A DNA stretch of 63,249 bases, filler included, from Collodictyon triciliatum (Eukaryota), in the NCBI GenBank assembly GCA_043381765.1. It is 5 parts of 5 records of this genome, joined end to end, with 100 filler letters (N's around TTAATTAATTAA, not from the genome) between each part and the next. Parts side by side here need not be neighbours in the genome. Positions count along the whole stretch, not along the records: positions 1 to 16,246 come from JBHJMP010001562.1; 4 more parts are not named here. One strand, written 5' to 3'. The notes under the pieces were generated by a model. That model was not told the DNA's origin and searched no databases. It worked only from the letters and a program-made list of their open reading frames with translations. The stretch's first letter is position 1. Every line of letters starts with the position of its first letter. Positions 1-12,092 of this stretch are shown piece after piece. The position numbers were made by a program, and so were the translations under genes.

Positions 1-74
1 GTGATAGGATGGAGAAAGAGGGAGAAAAGAAGATAGAGGTAAGATAGCAACTTATTGAGAAAAGGAAACGCAAC

Positions 75-1995
75 CTGGACTTTGACGCCACCCATTCCTG
101 TGTTCTTAATATCTCGAACTCGAATGCAAACAATCGTCACTGTTCGTAGCTCTGTGCCCCATCCAGCTTGATTGGCATCGAGACGGAACAACACGGGGCT
201 TACAAGAAAACTTCTTAGGCTGGCCTCGATTCTGGTTTTTTCATCCTCTCTGCATATAGAATAAATTATCGTAACTGTGTCAGCATGCATGAATATTTAA
301 ATTTATCTTACAGTGATTATCTCTCATATACTAGAAAAAAATAAGAGATATGTATAAAACGAAGTAAAAAAAATATAGAAACAGGAACATTAATTCAAGA
401 AAAAAAAAACACTATGGAATCAAATAAATCATAGAAGCAGGAATTACTATAATTAGAGAGACAAAATTCAAAAAGAAAAAGAAGAGAGTGCATCAACAAA
501 AAGCTACGGAATTCTCTGCAGTAGATCAGCTTGGATGGTTTCCGATGGATTAAGAGATAGTTGTATATTTTCAAGTTCATATGTGTCTTTTCTCAATCTC
601 AGTGCATCACAATTATCTATGATATTCATTTTAAAAATGTAAAATTGAAAGAAAAATATGAAATTTTAGGTGAGAAAAATAAATATCGAATGGGCAAAGC
701 CTAATGGTTATTATTGCAAACGACAATAAAATTCCTAATTTTTTCGGGCAATTATGAAAATATAATAAGTAAGCCATAAAATCCATTACTTTTGACAAGG
801 TTTCGGGCTTCTTGTGTTATTACAATTTTATCTGGTGTCATAATTGTGCAAGCCTGCGACCATGCCTTTCCAGCAAGCATGAATGCACGCCTAAAAAAAA
901 CAACAAAAACCCGAATGTACGTTTGAAAAGTGTGGGTGGTTTATGCTATACTTCTCCAATAGTGCAGTCATAGAATAGGGCATTAATAGGTTATTGGAAA
1001 ATCCGCTCATATGCTGGGTGGGCAAATGTGATTCAATAAATATAGGATTTATGTGTGTTTTTGAGCGACAGCACGGTGAAGTAGTTTTGTACAGACCTGT
1101 CGCGGAGACCCCCGAGGTAATGGATAATAAGTTCACCAATCGCAATGGAGATATTGAAAGGAATTTTCAATTTGGATTCTGATAGCAATTCTTTGATTCT
1201 GACAGCACAGAAGCACGCTCTCTCAAGCATAACCTGCATACTTTTACCGGAGATATCATGAATCCACACGGCTGTTATGTCATTCCCATTCATAGAGAAA
1301 ATGTCCCCGCTCTATGGTTGTAAGCCGCAGTTGGGTTTTGTTTGTCAGTTTGTTAACAAAAACTGCATCAGTGTAACCACATTATTTTTCTTTAGAGTAT
1401 GATTAAAGCTGCAAATTAATGAAAAATGAAATGATAAGCATTAATCAAACTGAAGTTTCTGTTTAATTAGAATAAATTCTCAAAAAAAATTAAATAAATT
1501 AATCGTCAACTAATTTGAAACCCATACGTTTTTGAGAACTACATCTATGACGCCAGCATAAAGAGAATTAACCCGAGCGACAAACTTTTCTTGACTGTTT
1601 GCATCTGGTAATTGAGGCGGTCTCTGCATACTACTACTGCTGCTGCTACTTATCGAGACGGGCACGGGAGAATACTCCTCGAAATCGTCAAAGGACAGGT
1701 GCAAAACTACCCCTGATTTTCTCTCCAAGTCGGGCACTTTGATGGGCTCCTTCTAGATTGCATTTTGAATGATACATAATACGTGCGCAATACATAAATA
1801 ATCAGTACAAATATAATCATGAAATATATTGAATACCTGAATTGCCCTTTTGATGAGAAAGATGGGGCTGTATGCAGATAGCTGTGCGAGCATGGAGGAC
1901 TGATCAACCTTTGCGGTCCACGCCACTGAAAAATACTGACTGCTACAGAACTGAGGCGAAGAGTGCATTCGACTCGATCCGTGCGCGATGTCCAT
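75..1995 (-). CDS. Soluble adenylyl cyclase (ADCY10/sAC)-like class III cyclase, multi-exon, 3' part runs off the window
   Basis: Spliced translation ...EKFVARVNSLYAGVIDVVLKN|SGDIFSMNGNDITAVW...FNISIAIGELIIHYLGGLRDR|RAFMLAGKAWSQAC...IVITQEARNL...SLRSFLVSPVLFRLDANQAGWGTELRTVTIVCIRV follows sAC C1 (GGDILKFAGDALLALW) and the C2 entry motif (YLSELRPVTIVFVNL). GT-AG introns keep the frame. Confidence 0.75.
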
Positions 1996-2050
1996 TCTCC
2001 CCTTTACTAATTATTATTATTATCATAATAATTATTGTTATATTTATCAT

Positions 2051-2175
<125 letters not shown>

Positions 2176-2877
2176 TATAGTGTAGTGGGTCGAAATCTAC
2201 CTGGTGATCACACAAAAAATAGTTTTTTGGTTGTTTCTATTCCAGAAGTAAACCAGTCAGCTTGAAACGCTGTGGAGTTGAGTTGAGTTGAGTTGAGTTG
2301 GGTTGAGGTTGGGTTTTTATAAAAACGGTGTAGAGATGATGGCAGATCACGGGTGGGAAAATGCAAAACCCGTGTACGGCTGCACACCCTTCTGTCTGCT
2401 TGGGCAGCGCTAAAGACAAGTAAAAAGGAAAAAGAAAAGGAAAAAAGAAAAAGAAAAAGAAAAAGAAAAGGAAAAAGGGAAAAAGAAAAGAAAAAGGGGA
2501 AATAATGATAAAATGAATAATAAAGAATAAAGAAAAGGAAAAATGAAGAAGGAAAATAATAAAAATAGGGGAAAAAATAGCTATTCAAGTAATGTAAGAC
2601 GATCCTATCAGGGTTTGTGAGGGGGTTTTTTTTTTTAATAATCTTTTTCTTTATTTGTATAGAGATGTGAGAGATGTGAAGATTTCTTGACCAAAGCCGA
2701 CAAAACGGAGCACTTTCAACCGCACTCAAACAACACGCGCATTTCTCAAGATAAATTACTAGGGTTGGGAGGAGTGTACCCAGTTACGTTCTCCACTGCA
2801 ACTTCTTGCCGCCTCTTTATCAAACCGGTTCGTGTGGAAATGAATATCATTAACTCAAATATATGTATTTACTGAAA

Positions 2878-3974
2878 CTAACGGCGTAGATATCCCTTCA
2901 CATTCATGGATGAAAAAAAAAGTACTTCGCTCGCGCCAAAAGCGTTTTCTGTTTTCGCCATGGCTGCCCGTCGACCAGATTTCGAATCCGAGCGACTTGC
3001 CCTTGAACAAAGCTGAAAGTACCTTTCTGAATAGCTGTGTGATTGTTTAGTGCAAAAGACAGGTAAAGAAGCCTCAGAAACCCATCTATGATGCTACTTA
3101 CAGAGATTGCGAAACTGAAACGTCATAGCTGATGAGATTCAGGAAGTGCCTTTCAAAGGTATTTATATGCGAGAGATTGAACTCGGTTGTTTGAAAAGCG
3201 GCTGATATGTGCGAATTCGTGAAGTAAACCTAGCATACATGAAGCTGTTTTTAATATACGATTTAAATAACCAGTTCGTGTCTGGCTTTCTCTCTATCGC
3301 GCTTTATTGATTACTATTTAATTCTTTGATTCAAATTACTTCATCATCCCCCCAGGTTTTGCAAGCAACCAAAGTTCCAGCAACAACAAGCGGCTTCCAA
3401 TTGCCTGGTCTCACAGTCACGTTTGTCTTCTTTACAAAACTGGCATGCAAATGTAAGTGCGAGATGAAAGAGAGGCAAAACGAGACATAAATAAAATGAA
3501 TGCCGATTCATGAAGGATTACCGCTCAAGCAGGATTAGTGTGACGATACACACATCGAAGCTCATCCCTGATGGTGTGTTTATGTGTAAATTAAGGGTTA
3601 AGATTGCAGCAAGCTTTTAACATAGAGGCGAAATTCAATATTTAACTATGGATACAAAGTTTTGAAACAAAAAAAACTACAAAAGAAAGCAACAAAGAGA
3701 ATAACAAAACAATAAACCAAACAAGCTAGTAAACAACGAAACGAGGCAAAAAATGATAAATAAATAAATAACCGGCGAATGTGTCAATAAATATATTCGG
3801 TAGAATATACATACCTGCAGTCTCTATAATTGTTTTCATGTATTCAGCGACTTCTTCAATATCTGGTATTGCATTTCTGTTTTGCATTTTTAATTTTCAG
3901 AAATAGAATTAGAAAAAGTAATTCAGAAAAAACCAACAAGTGTTCATTAATAGCCAGTTGTGAGTGTAAATAAT

Positions 3975-4032
<58 letters not shown>

Positions 4033-5277
4033 TTTAAGCAAGAGGTATGAAAGTAAATTCAATCAAGTTAGTTAAATAATACAATCACATACGACTCCGA
4101 GCTTTTTGGAAGACAGCAGAGAAAACAAGTCAAGCGACTTCTGCGAATATATCGATCCATCTCAAATTCGTTCAAAACAACGGGCTTTCTCACTTGAGAG
4201 CTTCAATGGAAACGATTTTAAAAAAGCCAAGATTAAAATATGCTACCGATATTACATAAAAACGATTGCTGAATATCAGAAGCACATAATAAAATACAAA
4301 GTAATATTTGAATTTGTCAACACAATTTCTTTTTTAAAGATATAAAGAAAGAAATAATCAAATAAGCCACCCATGAACTGTCATGGCCTGGATAACAGAA
4401 GCAACGGCGCTAAGTTTTGAGTCTCCAGAATGAGGCGACGGTGATTCATACTGGTCTATGATTCCTGTGGATTGAGTGTCAGCATCAGTTGTTGCTGTTT
4501 TCCTTCATGATTTCAGATTGAATGTTAACGGAGAAAAAAATCTTGTCAAAGAAACATTCCAAGCGAGTATTAAGCATCAAATTAACACGATTATTACTTT
4601 TTTTCCTTTATTCGATTCAAAGAACACGATTATTACTTAACCATGAGTGTGTCTAATGATACACTGCAAGGATAAAAGAAAAGAATATTTGGTGTTAGAT
4701 GGGTGTATACTTATGCTATTTGTTGATGACCGGACGATATTATCTTGTGCGGCCTCATAAGTTTGCCTTAGCCCTTCGGTGGCGAACTCAATCTCATTTC
4801 CAGACGGTCTTTTGTAATTAAGGAGACAATAAAGGAATTAAGGAAATATATAATATTAATATAATATTAATATAATATAATATAATATAGTAAAGCAAAG
4901 TAAAATAATACAATAATATAATTATAAAACTATATAGATAATATCAAACCAAACAAAAAATACCAAAAACCAAAACCAAATGAACCAAAAAAATAACAAA
5001 CGGCGCCAATAAAATACAAAGTCAAAAATCAGTTCATAGGTGTCCACTTATTCTTATTTTTTCTTTTCGTATTAACGTAAGTCGTTTTGTTGTATGCGCT
5101 ACGCACTTATTTTAAATCGTAACAAGAGAAGCAGCATAAAAAAAAAAAGCTCTTTGCAAAGAAGTATGCAAGTTTGAGTGAGGAGAACTCGCAGGGTGTT
5201 TGCAGCACTTACTCAACGGAGCTCATGTTGGACGAGTCGAGCAAAGGCTGCCGATGCGTCCGTGCAAAAAACCTCAT
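2878..5277 (-). CDS. Cyclin Y-like (cyclin N-domain) protein, about 9 exons
   Basis: Spliced: GMSFDVCIVTLILLER|FVKKTNVTVRPGNWKPLVVAGTLVACKTWGDDE|VYFTNSHI...HINTFERHFLNLISYDVSVSQSL|YSERYFQL, matching cyclin Y motifs (IVTLVYLER, NWKRIVLGAILLASKVWDD, ERQFLELLQF, YAKYYFDL). The start (5277 or 5226) and the last exon are uncertain. Confidence 0.8.
3978..4029. repeat. (GT)n microsatellite
   Basis: Dinucleotide run inside a cyclin intron. Confidence 0.95.
4584..4638 (-). mobile_element. Micro retro-insertion copy 1 (23 nt) with 16-bp TSD
   Basis: AACACGATTATTACTT at 4584-4599 and 4623-4638 flanks TTTTTCCTTTATTCGATTCAAAG (reverse complement CTTTGAATCGAATAAAGGAAAAA). Confidence 0.8.
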
Positions 5278-6032
5278 GGCAACTCTGCAGACCGGCTTGA
5301 ATGACAAAAGTGTGAATGGGCGGGTGAGTCCACAGGTGTTTGCGAGCAGGCCACGATCGATGACTCTCACTGCGTATCTGAAGTCCAGAAAGGGTGCCTT
5401 TGAGGCGGATAGGATCCATCCCACACGAAAAAAAAAAAAACATGGAAGCCTTCTTGTTTATTTATCTTCCCATCACTTGGTTAAATCATTTGCTGAATCG
5501 TTGTCTGTGTGAAGAGCTTATAAAGATTCGACCAGGAGTGCGCGCGTTATTCTTATCTAGTATTTGCTTTGTGTTGCAGAGATGACGGGTTTTGTGTCCT
5601 TCTGCTCGTCCCCTTCGCGTTCTTACCTCATGTGCTTCCGTTTGCACATCTTTTTCTTCTTACTCTCGGCCATGAAGGCCGCTTCCAGTCTTAATGATTC
5701 GAGGCTTCGGATATGTAGTTCAATGGGAAGAGAAGGAAGATAAAGATGAAGAAAAGAAATAATAGTAGGGGGTATGCCGTTGGGAGAACATGCAGATAAA
5801 AAAAAAAAGAAATCAAAAAAAAAAATGATAGGACGGACTCGCTTCACAAACAAAAGATAGTTGAGGAGAAGAAATGGTTTAGTCATCCAATTTGGTAAAA
5901 GGAACGGTAAGCAAAGACGAGGTATTTCAGAAGAAAAAAATATGAATGGGAAAACAACAAAGTCGAGCTTCAAGAGTACGGCTGTCAGAAAGAGAAGAAA
6001 TGAAAAAGGCTATGGACTCCACGTTAGAATCA

Positions 6033-7753
<1,721 letters not shown>

Positions 7754-8801
7754 CGTACCAGCTGAAAATAAGACTTCTGGTAATTAGGCACGCGGTTGAT
7801 TAATTCTTCCTTACTTCCAACTCTCCAGTTTTACAAAGACGGAGGGGCGATAAAGACAGATGAAAAGAGACTTTATGATCACACACGATCAGCTTTGCCT
7901 CAAAGATATGGCAGCTTCTTTGTGGCGCTTGTTTGGCATGATTTCAGCATTTGTTTCTTTGGCCACTGCACAAATGCATACCCAGCAAGTCTGCGAGACA
8001 AATAAGACTAATTCCTTACACCTGTTTTTTTTTCTTTTTCAACAGGCAGACACGAATGCCTTCTCTACGGCCCCTGAGATTCTAATACCCGGGACTTCAA
8101 AACACACAGCTTTAAATAAGGGGGGAAAAAAAGTAACAAAAGAAAACAACTATGAGAACGGCTGCGGTTGTGAGAGAACTTCTCACTGTACTCGACTTCC
8201 GGGATAAACCTTCGCAGTGCTTCGATCTCTGCGAATCCGCCCGGCATCGAACGCGCCGCAGTTTGATTGTTTCTGGCGTTGAAGATGCGCCTCTTTGTTT
8301 CTTTTTCCCTGCCGAAACCGTGACACCCGCAACCCGGCCAAATCCAGAAACTTTTGCTGAAAGTTTCGTCTCGAAATACCAAATACGGAATATAAGGTTA
8401 TATGCATTAAGTGGCTCGCAAATGATTATGAGCTGGTTTCTGAAGCCAAAAAAGTATAACATAATATATGTCTTATAAGTTTCGGGCACCCTTTCTTATT
8501 AAATTTGTTAATTCAATTCAAATGCGGAGATGGGCGAGCCTTCGGTACAGATTCACATTGCCCAAAAGAAGTGAGTGAAGCATATTGACAAGGTGTAATT
8601 TCTGGAACAACAATAATGCACGCCGTATCAAACCCTCCATCATGTAAAGGTCAACACGCTGGCGATGTGGATGATTTATTTTCTGTGACCGTTTTATATA
8701 CGTTTAAAGAGAGCCAGAAATTATTTTCAATTAAGGATAATCCTCTACACTCTTGTGTCTTGGGCAAAACCACCAAATACATTGTAAATCATGCGCATAC
8801 A

Positions 8802-9617
8802 NNNNNNNNNNNNNNNNNNNNNNNNNNNNNNNNNNNNNNNNNNNNNNNNNNNNNNNNNNNNNNNNNNNNNNNNNNNNNNNNNNNNNNNNNNNNNNNNNNN
8901 NNNNNNNNNNNNNNNNNNNNNNNNNNNNNNNNNNNNNNNNNNNNNNNNNNNNNNNNNNNNNNNNNNNNNNNNNNNNNNNNNNNNNNNNNNNNNNNNNNNN
9001 NNNNNNNNNNNNNNNNNNNNNNNNNNNNNNNNNNNNNNNNNNNNNNNNNNNNNNNNNNNNNNNNNNNNNNNNNNNNNNNNNNNNNNNNNNNNNNNNNNNN
9101 NNNNNNNNNNNNNNNNNNNNNNNNNNNNNNNNNNNNNNNNNNNNNNNNNNNNNNNNNNNNNNNNNNNNNNNNNNNNNNNNNNNNNNNNNNNNNNNNNNNN
9201 NNNNNNNNNNNNNNNNNNNNNNNNNNNNNNNNNNNNNNNNNNNNNNNNNNNNNNNNNNNNNNNNNNNNNNNNNNNNNNNNNNNNNNNNNNNNNNNNNNNN
9301 NNNNNNNNNNNNNNNNNNNNNNNNNNNNNNNNNNNNNNNNNNNNNNNNNNNNNNNNNNNNNNNNNNNNNNNNNNNNNNNNNNNNNNNNNNNNNNNNNNNN
9401 NNNNNNNNNNNNNNNNNNNNNNNNNNNNNNNNNNNNNNNNNNNNNNNNNNNNNNNNNNNNNNNNNNNNNNNNNNNNNNNNNNNNNNNNNNNNNNNNNNNN
9501 NNNNNNNNNNNNNNNNNNNNNNNNNNNNNNNNNNNNNNNNNNNNNNNNNNNNNNNNNNNNNNNNNNNNNNNNNNNNNNNNNNNNNNNNNNNNNNNNNNNN
9601 NNNNNNNNNNNNNNNNN
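8802..9617. other. Scaffold gap (N run)
   Basis: Continuous Ns with no linker motif. Confidence 0.99.
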
Positions 9618-9654
<37 letters not shown>

Positions 9655-9656
<2 letters not shown>

Positions 9657-10321
9657 ATGCAGGTTGCTTAATATCACCAATAGGGAGATGTAGATAGGCT
9701 CACGCGCGGCAAAAGCTGGTAAAGTCTCCCAATAATGCACACTTTGCAGCAACGGTGATGAATCTATTGAGCACACATTTGTGCAATGTCCCTTCGCTCA
9801 AAACCTGCGCGAAACAGCCGGTGAAATTCTTCGACTGACAGTCAAGACGGCTGCGGCTGTTTGCCCAATCCAGGCGATATTTGGGTCTCTGCGGCAACTG
9901 CATCCAGATGCAAAAACACTCTGGGCAGTGACTTGGCCATTTGCTATGGACTATGTGGATAACACGCATATACTCACGCAAAGCAAGACTCAACAATCAG
10001 CCTCCCATTTCTGATACAGGCTGAATGACATATACGAATATCTTCCTCAACAGCTTCTTCGCCACCTGCACGTTCTCTACTACTCAGACCCTGTGAGAAG
10101 AGACACGTGGAAAGAAGCTGAGAAGGATATTAAACCTCGCTTTGTATCCCTCATGCAAGCACAAGACCCAGGCTACAGGCCAAACCGCAGGATGCCATTG
10201 CTGATTATTGACTACTTCTCCGCTACCCGGCCACCAAGTAGCGTCCATGCAAACGATGGCTAGCGAACCAAAGCCAACATCTTCACCATCCTGCACAAAA
10301 TTTTTAAATGAATAAAAAAAA
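9655..10321 (+). mobile_element. Decayed non-LTR retrotransposon (L1/Tx1-type) ORF2 C-terminus and 3' end
   Basis: CTLCSNGDESIEHTFVQCPFA (C-x2-C-x8-H-x4-C zf-RVT-type knuckle, 9736-9789) is preceded by in-frame stops. After a frameshift comes LWTMWITR (9944-9967, the W-x-hydrophobic-W-x-x-R motif). The segment ends in AATAAA plus an A-run at 10311-10321. Confidence 0.7.
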
Positions 10322-11138
10322 TATCGTTTGTGCGATTGGAAGACTTTGGTGAATCAGACACAAAACTTAAAGTCTTTCTTCATCCAGAAAAGGACTAATG
10401 CTCCAGATTAGAATTCCAGACATGTCTTACGGAAGAACAAACGAACATTGTGCTTCTCAAGAAGAGGGTTGTTTCATTGAATCGTCTTTGTCGTATTTCT
10501 AAAACGCAAACAACGCGTTTCCTTGTGCGTTTGTGATGGACATCACAAACACCAAAGGTTGCTCTTGACAAGTTTCCCCTTTTTTTTGAAAGGTTTGAGA
10601 GCAGGTACCTGGAAACGGAGAGAAAGAAGCCAAAGATTTGTGTGAGCCTCCAGAAAGTCTTTATTATTTTTTTTTCGAAGCTCCACATAGCTGACCACTC
10701 TGATTTTCCCGTCAGTTGATTTGCTGCAAATATAAGTGCTGTGTTTTGTCTTGCTTCTTGCTTGTATATTCGACTAAATGTCGGCACACCCGTTGAATCT
10801 ACTACGGATGGAGATAATAAAGTGTATGGGCTACTCACTCCTTTACAGAGTAGCGTCTCGCACCTGTTTGTGTGCTGATTTGTTATCATCTACAGCAAAC
10901 ACATACTCTAACATACCCAAAGAAAACAAAAACAAAATAGCCACCTCCGCAATGGTTAGTATACTTTTCAACCTCTGAAATTACTCAGAAGCCCTCTCAC
11001 GGCTTCGCCTGGGATTTTTGAGCCCGCCATACTCACCTTGATAGTCACGTTTCTGATTCAGTTTCCTCATTTTTTTATATCTCCTGTACGTTATCTGCCG
11101 CGGTCTGCTAAACCAACGTCGTACATAAATGAAAACAG

Positions 11139-11786
11139 ATGGGAAAGAGTCAGAGCCAGACAGAACTTGGGTCCAAGGATGCGTTGCGCAAGTACAAGGC
11201 TGAGGGAACAAGCGACAGCATCTTTGGGCTCAAGCGCCCTCCGCGCACGAATGAGAGGCTTATTCTTGAAATGAGGCCCCTGAACTTCACCTGCTGCGGC
11301 TTGCCAGATGTTTTTGCGGAGGAGACTGTGACACGAATGCCCGAGGAGTTAGTCAAAGCTGGTGTGGATGCGAGTGGGTGGCAGCAACATATCCTCGCAA
11401 TCAAGAGCGCAATTCAGGAGCACTCGACACCAGCTTGCAAAGAACTGCTTCTTTGCTTGACAATTGTGGGTTTCTGTTACCTGGATGTAAAACTGAAAAA
11501 TATGCATGATGCCCTTCGCCTGGCGGTGGAGAAGATGAATCGTGAGTTACTGGAGCCTCGCGGTTGCTTCGCGAAAACTCAAGGGGGCGAGTACCATTCA
11601 TTGCGTACTCACAAGAGAGTATCATGGCTGTCGGTTGCACTGACCCCATCGGAGTCGGCCATCCTGCGCGAAGAGCCACACATCTACAAATACAATTTCT
11701 TCAATACCGAGTTGAGTCCCATCAATGAAGATGATTGCAACTTCTGCTACTCAACAAAAGTCTGGGGGGCTTCAAAGGTGTTCTAG
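11139..11786 (+). CDS. Intronless Erf4/GOLGA7/CHIC-like protein, putatively N-myristoylated (215 aa)
   Basis: MGKSQS myristoylation-type start. PEEL..GVDASGWQQHI..IKSAI..hydrophobic Cys segment (LLLCLTIVGFCY)..AVEKMNRELLEPRGC follows the Erf4/CHIC pattern. Confidence 0.55.
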   Translation: MGKSQSQTELGSKDALRKYKAEGTSDSIFGLKRPPRTNERLILEMRPLNFTCCGLPDVFAEETVTRMPEELVKAGVDASGWQQHILAIKSAIQEHSTPACKELLLCLTIVGFCYLDVKLKNMHDALRLAVEKMNRELLEPRGCFAKTQGGEYHSLRTHKRVSWLSVALTPSESAILREEPHIYKYNFFNTELSPINEDDCNFCYSTKVWGASKVF

Positions 11787-12092
11787 AATTCTATTTTCTT
11801 CAACCGCGGAGTTGACCTTTCAACATTCCTATCTCCTATGATTCATGTGAGCATCGAACGGAAAACAAAGAAGAATAAAATTGAAATAAAAAGGTCATAT
11901 ATATTTGAGGCTGCACATGTATATGCGCAATGTATTATAGTGTGGGATATCTGTGCCTTTCTTGTATGCCAATTTTATTTATTTATTTATTTGCGAGAAT
12001 GGGAGCGGTTAGCGCACTGCGAACTGGACTTGCATGCAAAAAGGACGACTTTACTTCCTTGTAAAGACCCTTCAAATAATGGCAGAAACATC

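Noticed and set aside
8065-8489. Overlapping ORFs in a GC-richer patch (EVEYSEKF, faintly Cks1-like)
   Set aside because: Similarity does not extend. More likely the promoter or 5' UTR of the ArfGAP gene.
8616-9776. 300-343 aa ORFs in the track
   Set aside because: They are read through N gaps.
9700-10296. Possible minus-strand spliced gene or MULE transposase-like text (VCMDAT...WPVAWVL)
   Set aside because: No frame-consistent splice model was found. The plus-strand LINE zinc-knuckle reading explains the region better.
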